Assembly: GCA_964106645.2 (NCBI GenBank)
Contig: OZ067038.1
Length of the DNA stretch: 64,000 nucleotides
Source of the DNA: Podarcis pityusensis
Taxonomy: Eukaryota
Reading direction: 5' to 3' (one strand)
Positions within the stretch are counted from its first letter, which is position 1, and each line of letters starts with the position of its first letter. The translations under genes and the position numbers were made by a program. This document shows, one piece after another, positions 50,837 through 64,000 of the stretch. Below the pieces are notes generated by a model. That model saw only the letters and a program-made list of their open reading frames with translations. It ran no database searches and was not told the DNA's origin.

Positions 50837-53800
50837 TTCTAGGGAAACCTCGTTGTGTTTGTCCTCCATGCAGTCACAAAATACAAGAAAAAAGTTGGCC
50901 TTTTGAGTTTGGGTAGTCATAACACTTCAAGAGATACATGAAAGTTTAACTCTGTTGAGTGGACAATATGAAACTGGCTGTATTATTATAGATTGAACTA
51001 CTTTAGAACCCAACAATGCTCAAGTCACAGGGGATCCAACCCTGTTATGTTTTGTGAAACTCATCTTAGCTACTGCTACAACTACTACTACTACACTGTA
51101 GAAAGCTACAGAGAGGAGTATGACTGACTTAAAACTGGGTGGGGGGTTGAAGGATAAAATGTGAGGTTTTCATTAAGTCCCCCCCTTCCCCCCATAATTT
51201 GAACATTGGAATCCAGCACTCATTTGATATGTAGAACTTGCAAAATCAAAGCATCTTTACATGCCAAAGTCAGGATAGCACAGTAAGTTTAGGAATTAAT
51301 AGAGAGAGGCTTGGTTTTCAAAGTCAAAGTTTAAGCCTCAGCTAATGTTTGTGGGTAATATCCTCCCACCTGCCCGTGGTTGGTATTCTGGCATCATTTA
51401 ATATGTATTCTTAATAAAGACGGGCACATTAGCATGCTATGTAAGGCAGTAGAAAACATCTGGCATAATTCAAATCCTACCACTGCTCAGTTTGATATGG
51501 AAGATTGAATTACATATTTTAAGGAGGCTGTGACACTTTTATTTCTTTCAAATTTTATCCCTATATTCTGAATTTGAAGGAAGCTTTAGAGATTGGGATT
51601 TGGATGTAGCAATTTTCCAGAGCATTCCTTAGTTGATTGAAATTCATGTATTAAGCCATTTTCTGTTACCTTATTTCTGTTCTTTTTAGCTCTTCTTCTC
51701 TTTCTGCATTTCTGTACAGCGATCTACAAATAAAAATAGTAACTATGAGATGGTAACGGCAGAAGGAAAGAGAGAAAAGGAAACTAAATGGCTTTGCTAA
51801 GAATTTTGCATCCTAAAGTGAAGAGATAAGGAAGGGAAAGTAATGCAAAGAGTCATGCAAAACTGACATGTTCTTGCTATTAAAACTAGTACTGGGGCCT
51901 TTGTTGACATTTTACAGCTGGGGATGGTGTTTTGTGTTAGTCTGGTTTGGTCAAGGTTTTCCATCTCGTCTATCGAAAGGCCAAGTTTACGTAAGATAAA
52001 TCAGAAAAAGTATACCTATTACTGGATATTGCAGTGATGCACCAAGGTTAAAGTTATACTAGGCTTAAAGTGGTGCATTAACTTAATTTTGCAAGCAGTG
52101 CCTTCTACTTCCAAAATATTGAAAAGATGATGGCCCATGAAACACATTTCTTAGGAAAGACTGCAGCTACCTTAAGAGTGAATTTCACCCAGGTGAAATT
52201 ATGATTATGCTCATGCTAAGCATGCCCAAGGCTAGATTCCATAGCCTTTTGCAAACAATAATTTTATTGCACAGTAGATCTTACTCATATTTGCAGAGAA
52301 TCCAGGCAGGCTTTCTCCTCAGTGCTGTTCCCCAGATATCACATTTTGCCAACGTGTAGACCACAGTTCTTTTGCCAATAGAAAGCATTAATTTTATATT
52401 TTATCTCTGGCCCCCGCCTGCCTAACCCATCCCCTTGCTTTCTTGTTTTGATTTGGCGTGTTGCGTGGAATGAGGCTGTACAGATGTCACAGGCACCTAG
52501 AAATGGCCATGACTTCACTGCTCACAATTAGTACAATTTTCTGCCCCTATAGCTGTGCAGATTTTGCTTATTTGCTTAGAGGCTTATCAATCCAGTGTGG
52601 TCATATAGCCATTGAAAATAAAGACATACAATAGCAGCAGCAACCACCACAGCAAATCTCTCTTATCCATCATGGTTAATGATATCAGCTTTTATTCCTT
52701 GTATATGTGTTAGTTTCACTCCTCTCCAGCACTGGAATATTCATATTCGCTATTTGATTTATGTACTCTGTCCCCAAACAAAATAAGCACCTCAGTATAG
52801 TGAGCTCTTAGTGTTGGATTTAAATTATTAGTTGCTTACTACAAAAGTCTCTAATGGAGCAATCCTAACTATAGAAAGCTAGCATAAATAATGCTGGCAT
52901 GTTACAGTGGCAAAAGTTACCCCTATTCCAAACTCAGTTCAGAAGGAATAGGGCACTCTTTGCCAGCTACATTGGCTGGGCTGCTGGGTCACTTGACTCA
53001 GCCAGAAGGTGTTTGGAAGAGGTGTAAGTCTCTCCTTGCTCTGCCACATCTCCAGAATGCCCCCTTCTGGGGGGAACTTGTGCTAGTGTAAGTGATACCG
53101 TCTTAAGATCCACCGGCTGAGCACCCATTGAGATCTGCCATATCCAAATTCTATCATCCCAGTGGATCCTAGGTTTCAATTACACTGCAAGTGACTTACA
53201 ATCTTTTGGTTTTTAACTTTTTTGTAACAAAAAACAGAAGCTAAAGCATTCTGCACTACCAGGGCCACCTGTCCCTCAAGTGACAGCAGTGGATACAGGA
53301 AGACACTCAGACTATGGACCTTTCAGAATGAGTCTCACCCTGCCAAGAGCAGATTGCATGCCATTCACCTGGTCAGAAGATCCACCTGCTAATCCCTCTT
53401 GGCTGGATTAAGACTCATGTCATTGGTCCTCATCCAGTTCATTATCATGACAGGTCACCAATCAGCAGGTCCACTGCCTACCTGCAGAAGATGACATAAG
53501 AGCTGTGTGTCATCAGCATGGTGATGACAGCACACTCTCACACGCTGTCTAATCCCACCCAGCATTAAGTTAAACGTGGGTGACAAGTTCTGCACCTCCT
53601 GGAGAACCGAACCTATTGCGGCACTTTAAAAATGTTTTCCATACAGTGGATCACTGGGACTTTCACCCCACATTTAATTTCACTTACTTGAAAATAAGAT
53701 GGGTGTGATTCTTAACTATATAAATAAGTGATCTGTGCTTTATAGTTTGAAATTGTACTAGAGTAGACATGGTGGCATTTGAAGAAGCTGTGGCCCTTGA

Positions 53801-53968
53801 CGTTCCTTGTGGTTCTTTTCTAATCGTCAGGCACCCTTTGGTAGCTTTCTTTCTGTGTTTCATGAAAAGGATATTATTTTGGGGATTTCATTCACTTAGG
53901 ACTTTACTTTGAACTGGAATTTAGTTTTCAAAGTTTGTAAGTTCCCTTTCCCCCCTCTAATTTTATAG

Positions 53969-54124
53969 GGTGATATCCATGAAGATTTTTGCAGTGTTTG
54001 CAGGAAAAGTGGGCAGTTGCTGATGTGTGACACGTGCTCACGTGTGTATCACTTGGACTGTCTGGACCCACCTCTGAAAACTATTCCCAAGGGCATGTGG
54101 ATCTGTCCCAAATGTCAAGACCAG
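53969..54124 (+). CDS. PHF21A: PHF21A PHD finger exon [52 protein letters not shown] (156 nt)
   Basis: C4HC3 PHD pattern; tttatag|GGT acceptor; CAG|gtattg donor. Confidence 0.98.
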
Positions 54125-55863
54125 GTATTGTTTGACACAAAAGGGGAAGCCTCTCGCAATGGTTCTCTGCTTTTGACAAAATGGGTGGGGCACATGGCTT
54201 AGACTTTGAGAGGGTGAAAATATCTGACCTGAACGGAAATGGCCTCACAAATTCAAAGCCATCAAACGTTTGCTTTTCTGTTCCACATCTCAGGGTACTA
54301 AACAGCCATTTATTTGCCATGGCAAAGCTCGAAGACTTACGGGGAAGATTCCCTTTGATCCACTTGCATCTTTATCTATTTCTGCTTCCACAATATATAT
54401 ATATAATGTTAGCTTCATTCTACAATACATGTGTTGGAAAGTCCAGTATTTTAAGGTCTAGGACAAAGCTACATGCTGGAAAACCAATGTTTGCATGATA
54501 ATGCAGGGACACAGGGCATTTTACAGGTGAGAGTTAGCAGGCATGAGATAGATGCTAAATCTTTCCCCATAGCTGGCTTTGAGAGCAAAAATAAGCCCAG
54601 CTGGGGAGGAACGTTTTGTGATGAATAACCACATGATTAAACACCCGTCTCCCACCCACCAATTCTCTTCTGGAAATGCCCCGCTACTCCTGCATTGCTG
54701 TTAACCAACAAACATATTTGTGGGAAATGCATGTTTGCCAAAGTAACATGTAGTTTTCTCCACGGAGACTGCTCTTTGCTATCAGAGTGTTTTTCCTTTA
54801 GCTAATTAGATCAGCAGTTTGTGAATCATGAAGTCACAATCCTCTCTACTGGCAAGTTTTAAGATCAGATATGTTGTCTCTTCATTCCTGTTCAGCTTGT
54901 TAAAATTTCATCAGCAGAAAATGTTTGTAGATGCAAGGGAATGTACAAAATTGCTGACATGGTGATTAAACAGGCTTCCCTTGTGGGAGGTTTAGCACAG
55001 ATGTGTGAGTATTTCATGCTATTAAATCTTGAGGGTCTTCCCAAACTATTGTGGAGGTTTTTGTGTGTGCAGTAAATGCAATGTTTACTTGCTTGAGGTG
55101 CGTGTTGAGTTGTGGATCAGGCATCTTTTTTGGATAATGCTTCTGTTGAAGAATTTCCCCAGTACTCAAACCTCAGTATTCTTTTGCTTGGAATTTCCTT
55201 CCCCCCTCCCCGCTCCCCATTTCAGCATACTATTGTGAGTGCTGGGTATAAGCTGGTTGTGAATATCACAGGCACATATGTTTTAGTGATTAGTAACACA
55301 GTTCCCCTTCTTCCTACTAGTGCCTCACTGTTTTGTTATCCATTTAGGGATTTTTATTTTTTTTAATTAATTCTTCAGGGGCTAAATGCTTGCCTGCTGA
55401 AACAACCAAGCATAGAAATGATCATGTAATTGCCTTCATCTTGTTTTTTAATGTAGACTTTAAAGCAACAAGGCTACTCTTCCTTACCATTTTATGAAAT
55501 TTCTGTTTTTTATTTAGTTCTTGAAAGGTTACGTGTTATCCCCATGCACTTGATAGCACTGCAGCACAGTCTTCCTCTCCCTCCTTTTGATATGTGGATA
55601 TAGTCTGGTTCATTTCTTTATCCCATTGGCCTCCCACATCCATCACATGTCAACAAAGCATCAGGCTTCTTGTCCTGGACCAGAACTAACAGCATCCCAA
55701 GAGTAGAACAAAGGGGGATTTTAAGTTGTTTTATTGCCTGGGGAGGGCCTAAGAAGAGAATGGCATTGATTTTAATAGTTGTTGTGAAAGAAACCCTTTA
55801 GCGTGTGTCATCTTTCCTAGAGGTAGAACACGTCAGCCAAGTGTTCCTTCTCCTTTCTTTCAG

Positions 55864-55939
55864 ATGCTAAAGAAAGAAGAAGCAATCCCGTGGCCAGGAA
55901 CTTTAGCAATTGTTCATTCATATATTGCATACAAAGCAG
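55864..55939 (+). CDS. PHF21A: PHF21A coding exon [25 protein letters not shown](A) (76 nt, phase 0/1)
   Basis: ttctttcag|ATG acceptor; GCAG|gtaaga donor. Confidence 0.96.
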
Positions 55940-56215
55940 GTAAGAAAATGGTGCAGGGCTTGGCTTGGTTTTCTTTTCTTTGGAAAATGTTACTTTGAGG
56001 AAGGGAGTAGGATGTTTGTTTTCAGAAGGAAATTAAGAGCTGACTGCATGATAACCCCAGTAATGAAATGGATATGACAGCTTCATCTGACTCTCTTTAT
56101 GTCTGCACCTGCAGCTTCAGGTATGGTCCAGTACTGGCTTTCCATTGTGCAAAAGCAGCTGAGAGATCCCATCTGCAGGGCATAATTGATACAATTGATG
56201 TACTCTCTTTCACAG

Positions 56216-56319
56216 CAAAAGAAGAGGAAAAACAGAAATTACTGAAATGGAGTTCAGATTTAAAACAGGAAAGGGAGCAGCTAGAACAGAAAGTCAAACA
56301 GCTCAGCAATTCTATAACA
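56216..56319 (+). CDS. PHF21A: PHF21A coiled-coil exon (A)[34 protein letters not shown] (104 nt, phase 1/0)
   Basis: tttcacag|CA acceptor; ACA|gtaagt donor. Confidence 0.96.
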
Positions 56320-56766
56320 GTAAGTATTGCTGTGCTAAATGATGGTTTGTTTATCCTCTGTGTTCCACTAGAAGCTACAGCCGTGAATCTTAGAAAATGA
56401 CTGTTTACTGTGACCAATCACAGTATCAGTTCTGAGCCATGCTTCACCACAGCTTTGTCGTGGTGGTGTTTTTTAAAAGTCTCAGCGGCTTCTTATGTTT
56501 GTTAGAGCTTCTTTTTCTCTGCTAAGTCATAGTTGTAATCTTTTTGCTGTAGTCGTGGCTGTGAAATAGCATTTGCTTTCTTTGAACTCTTTGGTTTGCT
56601 ATGTGGGCTATATTTGGTATGGGAGCCATGTTGTATCCACCAGGTGCTTTGACAAAGAATCTGTTTTTGCAGTCTCTTGTGGATCTTGGGATCCTTTTGC
56701 TTTCTCGTTTGGGCCTTTTTTTTATGAGCGCACTCCTTAATGCAATGTTGTTCCAATCTGCTTCAG

Positions 56767-57024
56767 AAATGTATGGAAATGAAGAACACCATCCTGGCAA
56801 AACAGAAGGAAATGCACAGTTCATTGGAGAAGGTAAAACAGTTAATTCGCCTCATCCAGGGCATCAACCTTTCAAAACCCATAAACTCTGAGGGCAGTTC
56901 CGTCGCCATCTCCAATGGCATGGACTCCACCAATAACGCAAAGGCTGCCGCCGCCTCCACCCCAGCCTCTTCCCCCTCCCAGAGCTGCATGGTGAACTGT
57001 ACCAAGGGCGACGAGACTAAATAA
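56767..57024 (+). CDS. PHF21A: PHF21A last coding exon [30 protein letters not shown]...GDETK*
   Basis: cttcag|AAA acceptor; TAA stop at 57022-57024. Confidence 0.96.
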   Translation, partial: KCMEMKNTILAKQKEMHSSLEKVKQLIRLIQGINLSKPINSEGSSVAISNGMDSTNNAKAAAASTPASSPSQSCMVNCTKGDETK

Positions 57025-57226
57025 CATAGCACAGGAAGAAGGAGCCGGGGGAGATGGCGGCGAGGCAGAAGAGCAAAACAATAAAACTCTAGAAAAGAAA
57101 AGCTGGATTTCTTCTGGAAAGCGCAGAACTCTTTGGTTCCAGAAAGAGCGCGAAGAGGCTTGTGCCAGGCAGCACCAGAGTTGCCAATCGATCCTCCTTA
57201 TTCTGTGTGTACGTGCAAAGTTTGGA

Positions 57227-57402
57227 NNNNNNNNNNNNNNNNNNNNNNNNNNNNNNNNNNNNNNNNNNNNNNNNNNNNNNNNNNNNNNNNNNNNNNNNNN
57301 NNNNNNNNNNNNNNNNNNNNNNNNNNNNNNNNNNNNNNNNNNNNNNNNNNNNNNNNNNNNNNNNNNNNNNNNNNNNNNNNNNNNNNNNNNNNNNNNNNNN
57401 NN
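57227..57402. other. Assembly gap (N run)
   Basis: direct. Confidence 1.
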
Positions 57403-58226
57403 GGGAGGAGGAGCAGGTTTCAAATCTTATCTGCAGACCAGTTTGTTTAGCTAAGGAAACTTCAAGTCCAAAGAGCCTGTGGGCTTTTCCTGTTTCTGAA
57501 TTCTCCGTACTACTAAACCAAAAATCCAGAAATATGAATTAACAAGTCCTAGGGTCCAGAGGGGGTGGGGTGGTGGGAGTGGGGACCAAGCCTATCCAAT
57601 AAGCAGTATTCACTATTGTTTTGACAGGAGAGACAAAAAGGAATGGGGAAGGGTTTTTCACTAAGTATCTAGTGCACACTCAGGCTGGGGATTACTAGAT
57701 TGGCAGCTTTGGGTTTATCCACTTTTTTTTCCAAATAGGCAAGTGAAATAAATTGCTGGTTTGGGCATCACATTGGCCCAGGAAGCTTTTGCTGAGGAAA
57801 AGGAGAAGGGAGGGGGACTAATATAATCAGCCTGGGGTTTCAGAAAAGCGGGTCACGACTGAAATGAAAATTCCAACTTTTTTTTTTTTTTGTACACTTG
57901 TCAAGCAAAAGTGATATTCCAAACAGTACAGCACATGTCCCAAACATATGGCCCAAATAGTAAAAAAAAACAAAAAAAAAATTAAATGCCTGTTTCCTTT
58001 GTTTCCTTTCTCTTTTGGTTACAAATGTAAGGAATAGAAAAGCTGTTTTTTTCAGGCTGACAGTCCGATTAAAGAGGTAGATGGGACCTTGCATGGTATA
58101 GATTAGAAGTAATAGTGTCAGTGAGATACAGTGAGTCTTTGTGAGTCCGTGTGTCATCGTTTTGGGCACTGTTTTTTATGCAAGGGCAAAATCTTTGTAT
58201 CTGGGGGAAAAACAACTTTTTTAAAT

Positions 58227-58378
58227 NNNNNNNNNNNNNNNNNNNNNNNNNNNNNNNNNNNNNNNNNNNNNNNNNNNNNNNNNNNNNNNNNNNNNNNNNN
58301 NNNNNNNNNNNNNNNNNNNNNNNNNNNNNNNNNNNNNNNNNNNNNNNNNNNNNNNNNNNNNNNNNNNNNNNNNNNNNN
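58227..58378. other. Assembly gap (N run)
   Basis: direct. Confidence 1.
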
Positions 58379-61300
58379 TTAGAATTTTTTAACACAGGTT
58401 TTGCTTATGATGTTGCCATTCTGCTGTGTTTCTGTTTGAAAAATGCCTTGGGGGTGAGTGTCGAGAGATTGTCATGCCATTCAAATAGCCTGTGGGGTTG
58501 AACTGCATCCAGTCTGCAAACCTTCCTCCAACTGGTGGAATTTCTCCTCTGTTAAGCTCTCCTAATTAACTCTTGTGCTTAAAAGCACAAGAGAGCATTG
58601 GCAGCATTTAAAAATCTTTGTCGTTATAGCACCTAGATTATAGGGAGAACGTGGAGACAAAGGATTTTAGCGTTGAGATCTGGCTCTGCTTAGCACAGCT
58701 TGTCTGTCTTCTGAAGCAAATTGTCGCAGTAATTTCATGCTATTAAAATGCTGGTGCTGGACATGAGATGAGCGAGTCTGAAATAGCCACCTTTGCATAG
58801 ACAAGTGCAAACGGCCAATATTTCATACCCTTTCACTTCCATGGCAGCACTCATGTTGGCGTAAGTCATGGCAGTCAGCCCGGGTCCATGTTAGAAAGTC
58901 TCTCCTCTGTCAGACAGCCAGTGATGGTGCTGCCATGCTTTTACTATTCTGTGTTGAAGAACTATGCATCCTAATGCACTTTATTTACATAATCACCTGA
59001 ATTTTGTTCCTGCCACTCATGGTTTGTGGCGGTTTCTTTACTTCTAGCCTCCAGTCTTGTCCCTCAAGGACTCCTCAGTGACACTCAGTTATGCTCACGG
59101 TCCAGCAGCTGATTTTTTATCACTATACATATCAGTGAAGAGTAAGGACAATTCGTGTCAAATAGCCTTAGCTTTTCGTTTGAAAAAGATCAGGCCTTAC
59201 CATTTGACTTTTGATACTCCGTAGTGAAGTTGGCAGCTTTCTAAGTACCTGGTGTTATTAGCAAGTAAAGCCAGAAGGCAGCCAATCAGGAAAATTGCTC
59301 AGAGGAAATAACACTTTTTATAGCAATACACAGAGCAAAATATCGTTTGGGGCATGTTTGAGAGGCCTTTTCATCTTGTGACCTACCAAGACAAATGTAG
59401 CCCACCAGATCCCTGATAATCCTCCTGGTTTTGCCTGCCTTTGAGTGCAGCAAACAAACAACCATGTGTGTTGGGTGGTTTGCATTTGGCTTGATGGGTC
59501 ACGCAATTTGCAAACCTACATTTAGATATTCTGAGTGTAACGGGTGAAAAATAGACAAGTCCTCGTATTTCAGGCCAGAAGCTGGATTTCCAGCAGCAAG
59601 GAACAGGAGGAAGCCAATTACCCTCTTCTGGTTGATAAATTGGTGTTGGCTGTTGACAGAGGCAGGCGAATGGGATTTCTGATTTCAGCTGTTCCCATGT
59701 TCATGTGGCCCTTCCTTCCCCTCACCAAACACACTTGCCATCCTTGTATTCTTTTCCCTTAAAGCCATAGGTTCGTTCAGAATGGCCACACATGCATGAA
59801 TTTGGGCAATGGCCATCATGCCCTCTTAGCCTATGATGTAAGGTGCAGGGAGTGCAGAACTATTCGCTTTATCTTAAACATGGAACAGGTGCCAAAAATA
59901 GTGATCTTGTGTTGAATTCTATGCCTCCTTTGTGTTCTGCAAACCCTGCAGTGTCGTCAGGTCATGAAAAGTTGTACCACACAGTGCAGAGAGGGAAGAC
60001 GAGAGCTCAGTGCAAGGCAGTTGTAAGGGGAAGGGGAAGAGATGTGTTGATCTGCCCTGAGGAAGGGGCATTTGTCTGCTACCTTCCACTTTTAAGCAAT
60101 TTAAAAACTGTGCCTCAGCAAAGTAGTATTAATAACATGCTACCTTTATGCCCCCACAATGGGGCTCACAGTTAACCCCTGGTACTTTCTGAAGGGAAAA
60201 CAATTTATTATACTAAGGTCTCCCATGTGTTGAAACCTTGCTTTGGATTTAGCCATGGGGTTTTTTTTTGGGGGGGGATTACTTTACATTTGGCCTCTCT
60301 TGACTAGTGACATCTGTAGTACAACTTTGCTTAGCCTGCAGCACTGGAGTGATCAGCTAGTTTAAAGTGAAGAGCAGCAAGGTACTCTTGTGAATCTTTA
60401 ATTGTGTCATTCTTCTGATTTTGTGTGTACTTCTCTCCTTGCCCCTTCACCCCTGCCTCGCTGGCGTCTCCTGTCCTGGAAATGCCACCAGCTAAGTATA
60501 AGAGGGATTTGGCTTCTGGAAATATAGCAGAAGGAGAAAATAAAGTTTGGGCATGTTTTGTCTAGCTGTGCAGAAATATCCTTGCTTGGGTAGCAGATGT
60601 GTCAGATTTCCTTTTGCCTTGAGAAAACGTAGGGGAACCACAGTATCTTTGTTCATCAGGGTAACAAGTTTGTCACCCTGATTTTCTTAGAATTCAGAAA
60701 CATAATTAGTACTATGAGAGGACAGTGTTCTGCACCTGAAGGCTGGATCCTGGCTAGTTGCTTGCATGCAGATGACATTGCCTATTTACATCCTACTCCT
60801 AAACATTCTGCAGGAGTTGCCTGCTATTGCCGCCTTGGCTCATTTGTGGTACGCTGTGTGAATGTCAGGGTGTATGCTCATGGGCTGGTGCAGCAAAGTC
60901 CAGAGAGTACCCATCCATATTTGAGGATGCAGCTGGGAGTTTTTATTTGCAATTGAAAATGGGAATAATCGATTGTGTGGTCAGACTCCATTAGTTGTTG
61001 TAAGGTGGAACCTATTTGAACTTGTGACTTTTCTGGTGCTAAAGAAGTCTTGTACCAGATTTAATCTTTTTTTTTACTGAAGAGACACTGTTACAAGAAT
61101 AACTACAGCTTCCTAGTTGTTGGGAAATTGCCGCAAGCATAGCCCATGCATTTGTGATTGGAAAATACAAATTAGAAGATGATAGGCAGTACTTGTGCAA
61201 AAACATTTCTCTCATTCAGCCCAACAATTCTGTGTACTTTCAACCCCCCCAGCCCCAGCACTGTAACATTGCTATTTTAGTTTGGTGCCCTTGGTCAATC

Positions 61301-63009
61301 CAGCAATGCAGTGTACATCTAACAGCGTCCCCATTCAAACAGGTTTGCAAATGCAGCTATTTCCTGTGTCCCACACACTTCTAAGTATAAGGGGGAAGTC
61401 CCACAGTTGTATCTGGGTCCAGGGTAAGCAGAAATGCCTCCCCCTCCCCCCAATAAAGTTTAGGAGGCTTTTTTTTTTTTTTACTTGTTTTCTAATATGT
61501 ATGCAGGTTACAACAATGCTCAATTATGTGCTAAATCCCGGTTTAACCCTCTGCAAATGACATTGCAGGTAACAAAAACAGAAAGGCCTAAACTCAGTGA
61601 CAATTACAGCATCTAATTTCCTTCCCATCAGCTGAGGATGATAAGAAGCCTCTTTGTTATGGGGTCTATAATTTTGCCCAGGTGCTGAGTGTTTCTTTAC
61701 GTGACCAAGAATGGACAACAGCAAACATTCCCAGGTGAAGCTGTCATTAGCTGCATCAGTGTTGGCAGCTTTTAGAAATGGCTCTGCACAGCACCTCCAT
61801 TTTTATTGTGGTTGGAATAAATAGTTATTGACCCTGGCATTTATCATCCCCCTTCCCCTAGCACATGCTCCGCTTGAGTTTAGCCAGGGCTCCCTTTGCA
61901 GCTCAGTTACGTGAGCCTAGAGGGTGAGTGTTGGGAGTCCACCATCCACTCCCCCAGCAATAAGTGCTGTACCTGCATCCCAATCTGCTGGGGAGTCTGC
62001 TCACTCCACAGTGCCACACCTGTACATCCCCACAGTGAAGGAAGGCACCTTGTTGAGAGAACGTGCTTTAGCAAGGATTGGGCTAAGCTGGTCCTTCACT
62101 CTTCACTCTTCCTATGGGATTGAACAGCAGGGGTCTACACACCCTTGCTGGTTGCATTGGAGTCTTTCAGTAGTACACCAATTGAAAAGTCCTATTAGTG
62201 CCAATTTACATTAAGAACAACAGGCCTGTGAGAAGTGAACCAAGACTAAGAACGGGCATTATCAATAAAGTTTTATCTTGAAATTGTATGTCAGTTTGGT
62301 CATATCTGAACTAGCAAATACTGAATAGTCCTTAGCTTTTCTACTCTGTCAAGTCCAAGTGGTTTGTTGGATGTTACACTCACCTGTGGCTTATGTTGTA
62401 GTTTCATTCCATTCTTCGGTAGTAGAGGAAACGGCAGTGGGCTGCTTACTAGCCAACTATCCCATCTGTGTCTCAAGACCATTGTTGAAGCCAGAATATT
62501 TCTAGTAACTGGAATAAGGACTCTTTGAAATAAGTGGTCTGTGAAAGAGGCCATGACCCTAAAAGGAAATTCACAGCCTTTGTTTTTAAGGCAGTGGGTT
62601 TCTAAACCCTCCTCCCCCATGTACACTGATGTATTGATTCATACATAGCCAGCATCCTCCCATCTCTTCTTCTCCTGATGTTTGTGCCAGATAAACTCAA
62701 CCTCACTCGTACTGCCTCTGCATCCATCCTGAGTTCCCATACCTTTAAGTGAACTGGGCACAATATTGCTTTCACAGATCAACACCCTGTGAATGTTATA
62801 TGGATGCATGACTTCTGTTGGTTAGGTGGGTTTCTTTTTTGTTAAGTTTTTCTTTTTCTTTTTTTAAGAAATTGAATAGCCTGGTGCTCATAGTGATTTG
62901 CAGTCTCTTTGCTGCCTTCTTTTCTGTAGCCTTCCAGTCCCTTGTGGGTTTGGTACAATTGTGTCTAGATTTTAGTCTATTAAGGTGGGAAGAAAAAGAA
63001 GGGGTCCAG

Positions 63010-63053
63010 AATAAACGATCAATTTGTATTTATTTAACATTTTACTAAATAAA
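63010..63053 (+). terminator. Tandem polyadenylation signals AATAAA (63010-63015, 63048-63053)
   Basis: TGTA motif between the two hexamers; GU-rich ttgtctctagttgttt...tgtgttcatgtgtg downstream. Confidence 0.6.
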
Positions 63054-64000
63054 ACTATGAAATCTATTGTCTCTAGTTGTTTATCATGCAGCTGTGTTCA
63101 TGTGTGCTCACCCCCCTTTGCTTTGTCCACACTGAAGCTGCAAACGAAGAGAAATGCAGCTTCTCCCATCAAAGCTGAAGGTTTAACTGAAAACAGGTAT
63201 GTTGTGCCACACCCTAAAGGTGCAGACACTGCAGGCAGATCAATATTGGCACTTCCAGGATTTGGAAAGGCGGCTGCTTGCCAATCATGGCAGGGGTACT
63301 GCCAGGGAGCTAAGAATACATAATTGAATGAAACTAAGGCTAGCCCAAGGCCTAATTCTGTCTTGTATTTCTAGTGTATGCCCCATATAAATAGAGAACA
63401 CTCAGAGCTGCATTTCAGCTCCCCTCTCCCATCCTTTCAATTCTCCTCACTTGGCCTTTTCCCCTGGGGCCCCATTGCAACAGTTTTCTTCACCATCACA
63501 TGCTTATAGTATAGGCAAGAGTCTTTTGTCCATTTAGTGCTCTGCTATCCTATATTGAGCTCCTTTCTCCCATTTTCAAAATCCTCCAATGCAATGTGGT
63601 CTTTTCCCAGGTGTACTGACCTTATGCTTCCCTCCAGTCCTCCTCATTCTACACTGTTCTTCTGAGCAGTTAGTTTGCAATATCTATGATATCACAGCTG
63701 ATTAGCCACAAAAGCAGGTAGGGGACCTTTACAGCACGCCTGCAAAGCTGAACCTCTCCTATACTTATTATTTCTTGGCCTGTAGAAAAATAAAATATAA
63801 AGTTTTATAATGGTAAAGAGTCTGGGCTTCAGTTTTCCTTCTTTACAGAATTTAAAGCTCCCTGGACCTGCAAGGAGAGTTGGCAATGACCTGAACTTGG
63901 CAAAGTCTACTGCAGTCACTGACAGCTTGGTCCTATAAGGGCTGTAGAGTAAGTCAACTGGGCTTCAACGTCTGGTAATAGCTTCCTGTATGGATTGTGC

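Larger units (their letters stand above)
1..63075 (+). other. PHF21A: PHF21A/BHC80 gene body (5'-partial): long intron, 13 canonical coding exons, one alternative microexon, 3' UTR
   Basis: Exons bounded by AG/GT join in frame to 1869 nt (622 aa + TAA). The peptide follows human PHF21A as I recall it from [10 protein letters not shown] to the C-terminal ...ETK*, including AT-hook, PHD finger and coiled coil. The 3' end is inferred from polyA signals. Confidence 0.97.
57025..63075 (+). other. PHF21A: Putative long 3' UTR of PHF21A
   Basis: Follows the stop codon; I recognise no transposon copies in it, unlike the introns; U-rich blocks; ends at tandem AATAAA with a GU-rich downstream element. 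Distal boundary is inferred. Confidence 0.55.

Noticed and set aside
52386-52500. AG-free zone with CCTAAC branch-like site and pyrimidine tract
   Set aside because: Acceptor-like, but the first AG is a weak GAG and no good donor follows; exon cannot be defined.
1-64000. Roughly 200 short ORFs in the six-frame track
   Set aside because: Apart from those overlapping PHF21A exons and the Rex1 fragment, they show no recognisable domains and are chance intronic or UTR frames; several run through N gaps.
63100-64000. Possible 3' end of a convergent neighbouring gene
   Set aside because: No coding exon or clear minus-strand polyA context is visible.

Overview
Vertebrate genomic DNA, almost certainly from a lacertid-type lizard judging by the Sauria and Squam-type SINEs. 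The whole window lies within one + strand gene, PHF21A (BHC80, the unmethylated-H3K4-reading PHD subunit of the LSD1/CoREST complex). Bases 1-29349 are intron; the exons for the first ~51 aa lie upstream of the window. Thirteen canonical coding exons (29350-57024) join in frame to give 622 aa plus stop, followed by a long putative 3' UTR to ~63.07 kb with two assembly gaps. The main highlight is a splicing hub just before the PHD exon. There, the 23-nt ANEEHWPK microexon sits only 52 nt from the canonical AT-hook exon, so the two look mutually exclusive by both steric and frame constraints. The hub also holds two further candidate microexons I do not recognise: an in-frame 33-nt RSTNKNSNYEM exon and a 10-nt frameshifting (poison-type) exon. 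A second highlight is a set of Penelope-like element fragments carrying minimal hammerhead ribozyme motifs, one with an intact catalytic core. The introns also hold SINEs, LINE 3' ends (Rex1/Babar, CR1, RTE), Tc1/mariner and hAT MITEs, and microsatellites. Repeat family names and human comparisons are from memory of consensus sequences, not from searches. Nearly all ORFs in the supplied track are spurious.
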